From an uncultured bacterium (GTDB taxonomy: Bacteria > Bacillota_I > Bacilli_A > RF39 > UBA660), in the NCBI GenBank assembly GCA_947646655.1, contig CANSHI010000002.1, positions 147,123 through 211,122 of the forward strand: a stretch of 64,000 bases of DNA, in the 5' to 3' direction. The notes under the pieces were generated by a model, which did no database searches, was not told the origin of the DNA, and worked only from the letters and a program-made list of their open reading frames with translations. Shown in pieces: positions 41,063-51,093 of the stretch (position 1 is its first letter; every line of letters begins with the position of its first letter). A program made the position numbers and the translations under genes.

Positions 41063-41833
41063 ATGAGTAGAAAGAAAAAAAAGTTAATAGGTAATATTGT
41101 TCTTTCTGTTACAGTTGTAATAAGTATTATTTTGTTGATGTTTGCTATTAGAATATATTTAGGTAGAGTTGATGAGAAAACAAAAGAAATCATGAAAGAG
41201 ACTGATGCTACATATACTTCTAAAGAGAATGCTCTAAATGATAAAGGTTTTTATGTTGCGGAGTTAAAACGAGATTTAAGTGATTATTTAGAAGATTTTG
41301 ATGTAAAAACGATTACTTATAAAATAGAAGGAGAACCTTTTTATTTAGATATTCAGATTGTAGAAGATGAAACAGGTGAGAAAATATTTTCTATACAAAG
41401 AATAATAAATGAAGAAAAGAAAGTTTTTGCTAGAATGAATATGGAAGGTATCGAATCTATTGAATATAGAACGGGAAATGTAAATGGTGCATCTGTGCTT
41501 AAAATCAATACAGAGTATTATAGTGATTACTTTGTAATAACTAATGAAAATCATTACTTTTTAGGTTCTGATATCGAAAATGTTAGTTTTTCTGAAGATC
41601 AATTTTATTATTTAAGCTATAATCCAAATTATAGAATATTAGATAAAGCTAAGCTATGTAATAAAGAATTAAAAAGTCAGATTGACGGTTTTAGTAATAA
41701 AGATTTTTACTATAAATATGGAAAGATAAATTTCTTATCAGATTATTATCAGAAGTTATCATCTAAGAAGTTTACTGTAGGAGAACGTTGTGAAGAATTG
41801 AAAGCAGTAGCAGAGAAAGAAGATGAAGACTAA
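41063..41833 (+). CDS. Hypothetical membrane-anchored protein
   Basis: The internal ATG after AGGAGGG gives MSRKKKKLIGNIVLSVTVVISIILLMFAI (TM anchor); the track start at 41000 lacks an RBS. Confidence 0.5.
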   Translation: MSRKKKKLIGNIVLSVTVVISIILLMFAIRIYLGRVDEKTKEIMKETDATYTSKENALNDKGFYVAELKRDLSDYLEDFDVKTITYKIEGEPFYLDIQIVEDETGEKIFSIQRIINEEKKVFARMNMEGIESIEYRTGNVNGASVLKINTEYYSDYFVITNENHYFLGSDIENVSFSEDQFYYLSYNPNYRILDKAKLCNKELKSQIDGFSNKDFYYKYGKINFLSDYYQKLSSKKFTVGERCEELKAVAEKEDED

Positions 41834-42462
41834 TGCCTAATAGGGGATTTGAAGTTGAACTAGTGCTAGCGTTACATGGATTGTTAAGAGGTAGATTTCT
41901 TGAAAAAAGTGAATTTCAAGTTATAAATTGTGCGACAGAAGAAGAAAAGTTTAAAGCTTTTGATAAAGTTGTTAGTAGATTGCTATATGCAAATTCTGAA
42001 CAAGCAATGCAGAAAGTCAGGAATTTTAAATTAGCTTTAGGTTTAATACAAATTCTTAAAAATGGTAGTACTATCACTTTAAAAACAGCATCAGGTTTTG
42101 AAAAAATAAGCTTAATGTCTAAACAAGAGTTTATGAATACTTATGTTCACTTGTATGATAGCTTTTTAGAAAAGTCTCTCAGACGTTTGATAAGTGGTGA
42201 ACAACTAACAGAAATAGAAATTTTAGGTATAAGCGTTGCTGAAGAGATTGAGCTGTTTGATATTTTTTCTATAATATTAATAGATATATTATCTAAAATA
42301 GATGATAATTTAGGTGAGGTAGCGGATTTAAATATTTTTATACTTAAGTCATTGAAACTTACAAACTCTTTTGAAATGAATGGAATAAACATAGATTCTA
42401 TATCGAGAGAAGACTATGAGTTAGCTATGACTAAATCCGAGGGAGTTTCCGCTAGATTATAA
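41833..42462 (+). CDS. Hypothetical cytoplasmic protein, translationally coupled to the upstream gene
   Basis: TAATG stop/start overlap; no recognisable motif. Confidence 0.5.
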   Translation: MPNRGFEVELVLALHGLLRGRFLEKSEFQVINCATEEEKFKAFDKVVSRLLYANSEQAMQKVRNFKLALGLIQILKNGSTITLKTASGFEKISLMSKQEFMNTYVHLYDSFLEKSLRRLISGEQLTEIEILGISVAEEIELFDIFSIILIDILSKIDDNLGEVADLNIFILKSLKLTNSFEMNGINIDSISREDYELAMTKSEGVSARL

Positions 42463-42473
42463 TATAAAAAAAA

Positions 42474-42502
42474 TTGAATTTTTATGTTATTTGTGATACA
42501 AT
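42474..42502 (+). promoter_or_regulatory. SigA promoter of the pheST leader (-35 TTGAAT, 17 nt, -10 TACAAT)
   Basis: TTGAAT at 42474-42479 and TACAAT at 42497-42502. Confidence 0.5.
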
Positions 42503-42509
42503 TAGCATG

Positions 42510-42730
42510 TTATTTACGAAGATTATGAATTTTAGTAGTAGTTTATATTTTCTTATAGAGAGAAGTGGATTAGCTGGAAGCACTTTAGAAAATAAACTTA
42601 CGAATTTCAATCATAGGAGTAAAACGTAGTTGGGCGTTAACCAAAAAGAGAGCTAGAGATTCTAGAAATTGGGTGGTACCGCGGTTTTTAAAAATCGTCC
42701 CATGATCTGGATTTTTTTTAATGGAAAGGA
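42510..42730 (+). ncRNA. T-box riboswitch leader (Phe specifier) controlling pheS-pheT
   Basis: The canonical T-box sequence AAATTGGGTGGTACCGCGG lies at 42666-42684; AGAGAG (AG-box-like) and a UUC-containing loop (GAATTTCAAT) lie upstream; a T-run follows at 42711-42719. Confidence 0.75.
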
Positions 42731-42737
42731 AAAGTTT

Positions 42738-43775
42738 ATGAAAGAAAAAGTTGAAAAGATAAAAGTAGAATTAAAGGCTTCTTTAGAAGGAAATATTTCT
42801 ATACAAGATCTTGCGAATATTAAAGCAGAATATTTAGGGAAGAAAGGAAAGATTACAGAGTTATCAAATCAGTTAAAAGACTTAAGTAATGAAGAAAAAA
42901 AAGAGTTTGGTAAAAGTTTAAATGAAATTAAAACTTATGCAATTTCTTTGATCGATGAGAAAAGTAAAAGTATAGAAGAAGCGATTTTAAACGAAAAACT
43001 AGAGAAAGAAAAAATAGATATAAGTTTGCCTGGAGTTACTGTAAAAAATGGTGCTCCTAGTATGATCGAAGGGTTAATAGAAAGCTTAGAAGAACTATTT
43101 TTAAGTATGGGTTATGATGTAGTAGAAGGACCTGAAGTTGAAAAGGATTTATATAACTTTGAACTACTTAATTTGCCGAAAGGACATCCAGCAAGAGATG
43201 CACAAGATACATTTTATATTAAAGATGAAGAAATTCTTTTGCGCAGTCAGACTAGTCCAGTTCAAATTAGAACTATGCTTTCAAATGAAGATAAAAGTTC
43301 TATAAGAATTATTTGTCCAGGAAAAACTTATAGACGTGATGATGACGATGCGACTCACACACATCAGTTTACACAAATGGAAGGTTTATTGATCGATAAG
43401 GGAATAAGTCTTGCCGATTTGAAGGGTACATTAGATATCATAGCAAAATATTTGTTTGGAGAGAAAACAGAAACGAGATTTAGAAGTTCATTTTATCCTT
43501 TTACTGAACCAAGTGTTGAGTTCGATGTAAGCTGTCATGCATGTAGTGGAAAGGGTTGTCCTATATGTAAGCATACAGGGTGGATAACTGTTGGAGGTGC
43601 TGGAATGGTACATCCTAAAGTTTTGACTAATTGTGGATATAATCCGGATATAGTTTCAGGATTCGCGTTTGGTTTTGGCATTGAAAGATTAGCAATGTTA
43701 AAGTATGGCGTTACTGATGCGAGAACTTTTTATACAAATGATTTAAGGGTTAATCCCGATAGAAGGGAAGTGTAG
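42738..43775 (+). CDS. pheS: Phenylalanine--tRNA ligase alpha subunit
   Basis: Class II core motifs (FRSSFYPFTEPS, GFAFGFGIERLAML); ATG 42738 follows GGAAAGGAAAAG; the track start at 42669 would run through the T-box. Confidence 0.9.
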   Translation: MKEKVEKIKVELKASLEGNISIQDLANIKAEYLGKKGKITELSNQLKDLSNEEKKEFGKSLNEIKTYAISLIDEKSKSIEEAILNEKLEKEKIDISLPGVTVKNGAPSMIEGLIESLEELFLSMGYDVVEGPEVEKDLYNFELLNLPKGHPARDAQDTFYIKDEEILLRSQTSPVQIRTMLSNEDKSSIRIICPGKTYRRDDDDATHTHQFTQMEGLLIDKGISLADLKGTLDIIAKYLFGEKTETRFRSSFYPFTEPSVEFDVSCHACSGKGCPICKHTGWITVGGAGMVHPKVLTNCGYNPDIVSGFAFGFGIERLAMLKYGVTDARTFYTNDLRVNPDRREV

Positions 43776-43779
43776 GAAG

Positions 43780-46158
43780 ATGATGCGAATTAGTACAAGT
43801 TGGCTTAACGACTATGTCGATATTAGTGATGAAAATTTAAAAGAGCTTGCCGATAAAATTACTAATGCTGGTGTTAATGTTGAGACTGTTGAAGAATATA
43901 ATACACCTAATCTAGTCGTTGGACATGTATTGGAATGTGAAATGCATCCCGATTCAGATCATTTACATGTTTGTAAGGTCGATGTAGGGGATGAAGTATT
44001 ACAAATAGTTTGTGGTGCCCCAAATGTAGGAGCTGATAAGAAAGTTATCGTATCTAAAGTAGGGTGCCTGTTACCTGGTGACATCGAAATTAAAAAGTCA
44101 GTAATGCGTGGTGTAGAATCTAATGGTATGTTATGTGCTTTGTCAGAGTTAGGATTAGAAGAAGATACTCCTGAAAATCATGCAAAAGGTATCCATATTT
44201 TGCCTGATGAAGCGATTGTAGGTAGTAATCCATATAATTATTTAGGATTAGATGATACGATTTATAATTTAGATTTGAACCCTAATAGAGAAGCAGATTG
44301 TACGAATCATATCGGATTTGCCTATGAAGTTGCAAGTGTACTAGGTCGCAGGGTTGAGATGCCTGAAACATGGAGCAATCCTGTAAAAGAAAGTGTGACT
44401 GATGAATTAGAAGTCGATGTTATTACAGACAATTGTACAATGTATAATGCTAGAAAAGTTAAAAATGTAGTTATTAAAGAAAGTCCTGAATTTATTAGAA
44501 ATAGACTAACGAATTGTGGGATGAGATCGATCAACAATGTAGTCGATATAAGCAATTATATTATGTTGGAATATGGTCAACCTCTTCACTTTTTCGATGC
44601 TAAAAAATTAGGTAATAGTATACTAGTTAGAATGGCCGAAGATGGTGAAGAGATAGTTACGTTGGATAATGAAACAAGAAAGTTAACTGGCGAAGATATT
44701 GTTATTACTGACGGAGAAAAACCAGTTGCTATCGCTGGTATAATGGGAGGAATAAATAGTTGTATCGATGAAAACACTACCGATGTAGTTATCGAGTCTG
44801 CTATATTTGATCCTTTAAAAATTAGATATACTTCTAAGAGATTAGATTTAAAAAGTGAAGCTAGTAGAAGATATGAACATGGATTAAATCATGAGTATAC
44901 GATGAATGCAATTGACAGGGCATGTTATTTACTAGAAAAATATGCTGATGCAGAAGTATTGTCTGATACGATTACACACGATATAATAGATAAAACTCCT
45001 AAAGTAGCCAAAGTATCATTAGAAAAAATTAATACACTTTTAGGATTAGAATTAACTTTGGAGGATGCAAAAAGATCTTTAGAAAATTTACAGTTTCCAT
45101 ATGAATTAAAAGAATCTGAATTTATCGTTACAATTCCGATTAGAAGAGGCGATGTTTCTATGAGAGAAGATCTTGTAGAAGAGATTGGAAGACTTTATGG
45201 TTATGATAAAATTGTTGGTAAACTTCCTAAGTTAGATGTAAGACGTGGAGTATATGTCGGTAATGTCGGTTTAAGAAAAAGCATTTCTAAAAGACTAAGA
45301 TCTTTAGGTCTTAATGAAACTAGAACTTATACTTTGATCAGTCCTAGTATGGACAGTCTATTTCAATATAATCGTGGCAATTCTATTACTCTTTTAAAAC
45401 CTATGAGTGTCGATAAATCTATTGTTAGACAAACACTTTTACTGTCATTATTAAATGTTTATGATTATAATATTGCCCATGGAGTAAAAAATATTAATAT
45501 ATATGAAATCGCAAATACTTATAGTGATGTCGATATAGAAGATGAAAAGTTGACAGTTTTAATGAGTGGCGAATATATGAGTAATATGTGGCAAGGGATT
45601 AAAGTTAAAGCTGATTTTTACTTATTAAAAGGTATTATAGAAAATACTCTTGAGTATTTAGGTTATAAAGGTAGAATTAGTTTTGCCGAATCGTGTGATA
45701 TACCAAATATGCATCCAGGTGCTACGGCAATTATAAATATTGATAATAGGGAAGTAGGATTTATAGGTAAAATTCATCCTTTACTTTGTAAGCAAGAAGT
45801 TTACTGCTTAGAGATTTCTCTTAAAAAATTAGCGGAGAAAAAAACACGTGGATTTAAGTTTAAGGAAATGAATAAATTCCCTAGCATTGTTAAAGATGTT
45901 GCCTTTGTAATGCCAGATGATATGTCTTCTTCAGTTGTGGAAAAAGAGATTAAAAGAAGTGGCGGTAAACTATTATTAGATATTCAAGTGTTCGATTTAT
46001 ATAAGGGAGATAATATTGGAAATAATGAAAAATCTATTGCCTATTCTTTAACTTTTGAAAGTGAAGAGAGAACTCTTACAAGTGATGAAGTAAATGATCT
46101 TTTCAACAGAGTTATCGATGAAGTTTGCACGAAGTTAAATCTTAGAATTAGAAATTAG
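43780..46158 (+). CDS. pheT: Phenylalanine--tRNA ligase beta subunit
   Basis: 792 aa; tRNA-binding OB N-terminus, B3/B4, B5 and FDX-ACB order; ATGATG start right after pheS. Confidence 0.9.
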   Translation: MMRISTSWLNDYVDISDENLKELADKITNAGVNVETVEEYNTPNLVVGHVLECEMHPDSDHLHVCKVDVGDEVLQIVCGAPNVGADKKVIVSKVGCLLPGDIEIKKSVMRGVESNGMLCALSELGLEEDTPENHAKGIHILPDEAIVGSNPYNYLGLDDTIYNLDLNPNREADCTNHIGFAYEVASVLGRRVEMPETWSNPVKESVTDELEVDVITDNCTMYNARKVKNVVIKESPEFIRNRLTNCGMRSINNVVDISNYIMLEYGQPLHFFDAKKLGNSILVRMAEDGEEIVTLDNETRKLTGEDIVITDGEKPVAIAGIMGGINSCIDENTTDVVIESAIFDPLKIRYTSKRLDLKSEASRRYEHGLNHEYTMNAIDRACYLLEKYADAEVLSDTITHDIIDKTPKVAKVSLEKINTLLGLELTLEDAKRSLENLQFPYELKESEFIVTIPIRRGDVSMREDLVEEIGRLYGYDKIVGKLPKLDVRRGVYVGNVGLRKSISKRLRSLGLNETRTYTLISPSMDSLFQYNRGNSITLLKPMSVDKSIVRQTLLLSLLNVYDYNIAHGVKNINIYEIANTYSDVDIEDEKLTVLMSGEYMSNMWQGIKVKADFYLLKGIIENTLEYLGYKGRISFAESCDIPNMHPGATAIINIDNREVGFIGKIHPLLCKQEVYCLEISLKKLAEKKTRGFKFKEMNKFPSIVKDVAFVMPDDMSSSVVEKEIKRSGGKLLLDIQVFDLYKGDNIGNNEKSIAYSLTFESEERTLTSDEVNDLFNRVIDEVCTKLNLRIRN

Positions 46159-46159
46159 A

Positions 46160-46195
46160 GGTTAGTTTTAAACTAGCTCCTTTTTTATAAATCGT
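46160..46195 (+). terminator. Probable terminator after pheT
   Basis: An imperfect GTTAGTTT-taaa-AAACTAGC hairpin followed by TCCTTTTTTA. Confidence 0.4.
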
Positions 46196-46285
46196 ATAGT
46201 GCAACTAAAAAGTTACACAAATACAACTTAAATTTGGTAGAATGCAACCCGCGTTCCATGTTATATTTTTTACGAGGTGAAAGAA

Positions 46286-47818
46286 ATGAGTTTTAATGAA
46301 AAGTTACAAACTTTAAGAAAAGAAAAGAAATTATCACAAGAGCAACTAGCGGATATGCTCGATGTAACGAGACAGTCAGTTTCGAAGTGGGAATCAGGTA
46401 CAACTTATCCTGAAATGGATAAATTGATTATGTTGTGCAAAATATTTAAATGTAGTTTAGACGACTTAACTAATGATGAAGTTACGAATCTCAATATTTC
46501 TGAAAAGAGAGAAGGGACACAAAATAATTTTTTAAGAAGCATATTAGATATTATTACGAAAACGGTTTATATGTTTAAAGCGATGAGTTTTAAGCAAATT
46601 ATCGGTTGCATTATTTCGATGTTTATACTAGCTTTAATATTGTTAATATTTAGGATTCCTTTTAGTTTAATTGAAGAAGGTTTTAGAGATGTAATTTATT
46701 CTTTACTTACAAATATTAGGGCACAAAAGATAGTGATGGGGTTATTTTGTTTTATACTTGATATAATTTACTATGCACTTTATATACTCGTTTATGTATA
46801 TATTTATAAGTTAGCTTTTTTAGACAAATATGAGTTTGTCGATAAGGTTGAGAAGAAAACACTAATAACTAATGAGACCGATACTGTAAGTGAGAAACAT
46901 GAATCTGTTAAAGAAGTCATTATAACGAATAAAGAGTCACATGAAAATTCTTTATTTAAGCTTTTAGGAACTTTAGCACTTGGTTTTATAAAATTTTTAA
47001 CTATAGTGTTTAGTTTTCCAATAATATTTATTTTAATAATATTATTTTTCTTCATTGTATTTGCATTATATTTTATGTTAGAAGGAATATTCTTTTTTGG
47101 TATATTGTTGGGATTAATTTTTGCAGCTATATTAGTTATATGGTTCTTAGTTTTAGTTAGTAGTTTTATATTTAACAAAAAGGTATCTTTTAAAAAAATG
47201 CTTTTAGTTTTTCTTATCAGTCTTATAGGATTAGGAATATCAAGTGGTATTACCGTTTTAGAGATTTCTAAGTTAAATTATAAATCTGATGTACTGGTTG
47301 ATGCAGAAGAGAAAAATGTGACTTTTGAAAAAAGCATGAGTGAAAGTTTATATATCGATATGTACAACCATTATGGAAATTTATTATATGAAGAAAATGA
47401 AACACTGGACAATGTTTTAATCGAAGTTCATTATTATGGTAAGATGTATAAAATAGATTTGCTAGAAAGTAAAGATGTAATAGATTTTGATATATATTAT
47501 AGTGATGAGTTTGATAGAACGAAGTTTATGTTTAAAACAATTAAAGATGGATTAAAAAAACGAGAAATATATAATTTAGATAAAATTTTACGTTATGATA
47601 TTAAAATAAAAGCTAATAGTAAAAACATAAATAAAATAAAACAAAACACTATAAGTTATTGGGAAAGTGTTAGAGAAAAAGAAAGAGAAGATAGTTGCAA
47701 TTCTTATAATATATCTATTTTGGATTACGAAAATAGATATAATGAATTGTTAGAAGAAAACGAATATTTAAAAGAGAGAATAGACATATTAGAAGAAGAA
47801 ATACGAGAAAATGAGTGA
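46286..47818 (+). CDS. Membrane-tethered XRE-family transcriptional regulator
   Basis: The N-terminal HTH_XRE (LRKEKKLSQEQLADMLDVTRQSVSKWESG) is followed by multiple TM helices and a C-terminal coiled-coil (EENEYLKERIDILEEEIREN); the track start is GTG and ATG 46286 follows GAGGTGA. Confidence 0.65.
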   Translation: MSFNEKLQTLRKEKKLSQEQLADMLDVTRQSVSKWESGTTYPEMDKLIMLCKIFKCSLDDLTNDEVTNLNISEKREGTQNNFLRSILDIITKTVYMFKAMSFKQIIGCIISMFILALILLIFRIPFSLIEEGFRDVIYSLLTNIRAQKIVMGLFCFILDIIYYALYILVYVYIYKLAFLDKYEFVDKVEKKTLITNETDTVSEKHESVKEVIITNKESHENSLFKLLGTLALGFIKFLTIVFSFPIIFILIILFFFIVFALYFMLEGIFFFGILLGLIFAAILVIWFLVLVSSFIFNKKVSFKKMLLVFLISLIGLGISSGITVLEISKLNYKSDVLVDAEEKNVTFEKSMSESLYIDMYNHYGNLLYEENETLDNVLIEVHYYGKMYKIDLLESKDVIDFDIYYSDEFDRTKFMFKTIKDGLKKREIYNLDKILRYDIKIKANSKNINKIKQNTISYWESVREKEREDSCNSYNISILDYENRYNELLEENEYLKERIDILEEEIRENE

Positions 47819-47836
47819 CTCGTATTTTTTAATGTT

Positions 47837-48265
47837 TTATAATAAAAGTTGTATTTTTATATATAAATTATTTTCTTCATTTTTTAAATTGTTTATATGA
47901 GTTTGGAGTATTTGGTTAATCGATGTATTTTCATATTTCGCTTGTAAATCATTCATATATGTTAGGGCATCCTTTTTAAAGTTAAAAACTTTAATTTCAT
48001 AATAGTCAGATACGACATGGTTTTTTGAGTAAAAGACACCAACTCGATAGTCTAGAAGATTGATTGTTTCTAAACAGATTAAAACTTTTATATTAGAAAA
48101 ATGGTATTCATTGATAATAAGCTTTTTAGCATTTTCAGCGGATATATTTTTAATTTTTGTTTTTGGATCGTAATGTTTTAATAAAGTATAATATTGTTTA
48201 CGAAGGTTTTTAACTGATAATTCTTTTTGTATCAGGTAATCGAATGTGTCATCAATAATATGCAT
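47837..48265 (-). CDS. Hypothetical 142-aa protein (repeat copy A)
   Basis: Identical to 51602..52030 except for the last residue; no recognisable motif. Confidence 0.55.
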   Translation of the reverse strand: MHIIDDTFDYLIQKELSVKNLRKQYYTLLKHYDPKTKIKNISAENAKKLIINEYHFSNIKVLICLETINLLDYRVGVFYSKNHVVSDYYEIKVFNFKKDALTYMNDLQAKYENTSINQILQTHINNLKNEENNLYIKIQLLL

Positions 48266-48368
48266 AGGCTGGCCTTTCTTGACTTTATTATATCACATTC
48301 TGCTCGTATTTAGGTCATTTTATCGAATAAAATAAAATTTTTTGCGAAAATTGTATATAAGGTGGTAT

Positions 48369-48830
48369 ATGATGAATAGCACAAGATTTACTGATTTACG
48401 TGAAGAATTGGAGCTAAGTAGGAAAGAGTTAGCTCAAAAGCTAGATGTTTCACCTTCTGTATATGGAAGATGGGAGAGAGCTAAGGCTACTATTCCAACA
48501 GAAAGAATGTATCAATTATCTAATTTTTATCGTGTTAATTTAGACTATTTACTTTCTTTTATAGATGATAAAGTTGAAATATTAAGTGATGACGAAATCG
48601 ATATGGACTTAGTTTCTAAAAGAATAAAAGAGATTAGAACTGACACAGGTGAAACTTTAAGAGCTTTTGTCAAAAGATTAAATACTACAAATTCTACTTG
48701 GAGTGCATATGAAACAGGTAAAGTTCTAATATTAGCAGACTTTTTGTTGGAGATATGTAAAAAGTATAATTATTCTGCTGATTGGATTTTAGGTAGATCT
48801 GATGTAAAGTTTAGAAATATTGAAGACTAA
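48369..48830 (+). CDS. Tandem-HTH XRE-family transcriptional regulator (repeat copy A)
   Basis: Two consecutive HTH_XRE domains (LSRKELAQKLDVSPSVYGRWER; TGETLRAFVKRLNTTNSTWSAYETG); ATG after AAGGTGG; divergent from the 142-aa gene. Confidence 0.7.
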   Translation: MMNSTRFTDLREELELSRKELAQKLDVSPSVYGRWERAKATIPTERMYQLSNFYRVNLDYLLSFIDDKVEILSDDEIDMDLVSKRIKEIRTDTGETLRAFVKRLNTTNSTWSAYETGKVLILADFLLEICKKYNYSADWILGRSDVKFRNIED

Positions 48831-48980
48831 AAAATCTATTTTTGAAAATTTTGTTACTAATTAAATACTATATTCAGATTAAATATAGTGTTTTTTATTA
48901 TATTAAATAATTATAACTTTTATTTTAAGTTTTCTGTTTTTGTGATAAAATATAACTAGAAGAAAGGAAGAAGACATTTT

Positions 48981-49628
48981 ATGAAAATAACTAAATACCC
49001 TCAATCATGTTTATTGGTTGAAACAAATAACAAAAAAATATTAGTAGATGCAGGAGGATTAAAATACAAAGAAAAATATTTTGATATATGGAAACAAGCT
49101 GATATTATTTTATTAACTCATAAGCATGGCGATCATGTAAATTATGATGTTTTAAAAAATATTGATGTTCCTATTTATTCTACTTTAGAGGTACAAAATA
49201 CTTACCCTGAATTAAAAATTAATATTATTAAAGAAAATGATAATATTCCTTTAGATAATATAAATATTGAAGTTGTTAAAGCCGTTCATGGCTATAATCC
49301 AAATTTAAAAAATGGTGGCGAAGTATTTGAAAATGTAGGTTATATAATTAATGATAATAAAACAAGACTTTATATAACAAGCGATACAATATGTTTTAAC
49401 AATGATTATAAAGCCGATATTGTTGCTTTACCTGTTACAGCCTATGGATTAACAATGTCTAGTTATGAAGCATCTTTATTCGCAAAGGATTTAGGCGCTA
49501 AATTAGTTCTACCTATTCACATGGATAATGAAAAATATCCTACTAATTTAGAATATATGAAAAATAATTTTGAAATATTTGATATAAATTATGAAGTATT
49601 AGAAATTGAAGAAAGTTTGGAGGTTTAG
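48981..49628 (+). CDS. Small MBL-fold metallo-hydrolase
   Basis: HxHxDH motif LTHKHGDHVNYD; 215 aa; RBS GAAAGGAAG. Confidence 0.7.
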   Translation: MKITKYPQSCLLVETNNKKILVDAGGLKYKEKYFDIWKQADIILLTHKHGDHVNYDVLKNIDVPIYSTLEVQNTYPELKINIIKENDNIPLDNINIEVVKAVHGYNPNLKNGGEVFENVGYIINDNKTRLYITSDTICFNNDYKADIVALPVTAYGLTMSSYEASLFAKDLGAKLVLPIHMDNEKYPTNLEYMKNNFEIFDINYEVLEIEESLEV

Positions 49629-50011
49629 ATAGGGAAAAAAATTATTAAGTTTATGACAAGTGACAGAGAAATAATATATTCAAACTTTTGTAAGAATTTT
49701 TAAAAATATCGCTTACAAATATATCATGAATTTAAAAATTCAAATATAAGTAATTTACATAAATCCTTTTTCAACTCAGAATATTGTCGGATTATTAAAT
49801 TATAATCATACTTATTACAAAAGATTTGAAAGTGGTTAAAGAAAATCTTATAAATAATTACCTTTTTTATGTTTTTGCATAAAATTTCTTTTTTTATAAG
49901 GAGAAAAAATTTTGATGCATCAAATAGTAACATTTAATCAACTTATTCCAAAGTTGACGACCTTTGGCAATTTATAATTGAAGGTGGTTTATACGAAATT
50001 TATCATTTGTA

Positions 50012-50941
50012 TTATAAATCTTTTAATTTTTCAAAATTTTCTGGTAAATGTATTATAGATAGTAATTGATTTCTATTAAGTGAACCGATTTCTTCATCAT
50101 ATTTAGTTATTAAATCTGATAAATTATCTATTAATATATTAAACTTATTTTTACTTGAAAAAATCTTAATAGATATTAAAATCGCAAACAAATCTTTTTT
50201 ACCTTGTATTATATTATTATTTTTATCTTTCTTTAAATTAAATTCATTATGATATTTAGTTGTTTTAATACCTAATTTATCATCAATAAATGATAAAAGA
50301 ATATCATCGTGGCAGCATATATTCCTTACTCTAACAAGTAATCTTAACATATTGGCAACTTCATTACTATTAATTTTTTCACTAGTTAATTTTTTCTTCA
50401 TATAATCTTTATCATTAGTTTTAGATACATAGAACATATCACGTATCATACCAAATGATAATATTTTCATATATACCCATAATGGAATAAATGAATGATT
50501 ATTCCTATAAAACATTACAGCTTTATTTTTATTACCAAAATCATTTAATTGTTTATCTAAATTAGATAATGTATCACTTAAGTAATTATTTGATAAATTA
50601 TAATTATTGCTATTTAATATATCATTAACTTTAAATCCATATCTATAACAATAATTGTTAATGTAAATTGTTTTTAATTTTTGTTCTATTTCAAGTATAG
50701 AATCTAAAACAATTAACTTTAACATTTTATCAAATATATATAATGAGTATATATCTTCAAAAGAAGTATTATCTTTATAAGTTCCATCAATATTTTTGAA
50801 AGCAAACTTATAACCCATAATAAAATAATAATTATTAGTTTCCAAAATGTTTCTAACATTATTTTCGTTTTTAATATTAATATTTTTAGATTTAATGTTA
50901 TTTATTAATTCATCAATAGTTAAAAAAGTTTTTTCTGACAT
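50012..50941 (-). CDS. Abi_2 (AbiD/AbiF-like) abortive-infection family protein
   Basis: The N-terminus LTIDELINNIKSKNINIKNENNVRNILETNNYYFIMGYKFAF follows the Abi_2 pattern (..eq...L..rGl.i.d...a...L..i.YYrl.gY); about 310 aa; the internal ATG after AGGTGA is preferred over the track start. Confidence 0.6.
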   Translation of the reverse strand: MSEKTFLTIDELINNIKSKNINIKNENNVRNILETNNYYFIMGYKFAFKNIDGTYKDNTSFEDIYSLYIFDKMLKLIVLDSILEIEQKLKTIYINNYCYRYGFKVNDILNSNNYNLSNNYLSDTLSNLDKQLNDFGNKNKAVMFYRNNHSFIPLWVYMKILSFGMIRDMFYVSKTNDKDYMKKKLTSEKINSNEVANMLRLLVRVRNICCHDDILLSFIDDKLGIKTTKYHNEFNLKKDKNNNIIQGKKDLFAILISIKIFSSKNKFNILIDNLSDLITKYDEEIGSLNRNQLLSIIHLPENFEKLKDL

Positions 50942-51062
50942 ATAATCATCACCTGTAATTATTATATCAGAAAAAGACACAAAAGAATAATCCTTTGTGT
51001 GCTCACTTGCAGGAAATTATATTCCTACACTAATAATATATGCAAATATTGAATAAATATAC

Positions 51063-51093
51063 AAAAAAGACTGGAAGACCGTAGTTCTTTCCA
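51063..51093 (-). terminator. Candidate minus-strand terminator upstream of the Abi gene
   Basis: CTGGAAGA...TCTTTCCAG hairpin; on the minus strand it is followed by TCTTTTTTG. Confidence 0.4.

Larger units (their letters stand above)
47835..48835 (+). repeat. Direct repeat copy A (about 1 kb, about 99% identical to 51600..52600)
   Basis: It is collinear with copy B at an offset of 3765 nt, with a handful of SNPs and no indels; the boundaries coincide with the ends of the two enclosed genes. Confidence 0.9.

Noticed and set aside
46160-46290. Search for a direct repeat of the tRNA-Cys 3' end (an att-like site) at the left island boundary
   Set aside because: No match to TGGAGGAACCGACC or its complement was seen by eye, so the island boundary is not defined by an obvious att repeat.
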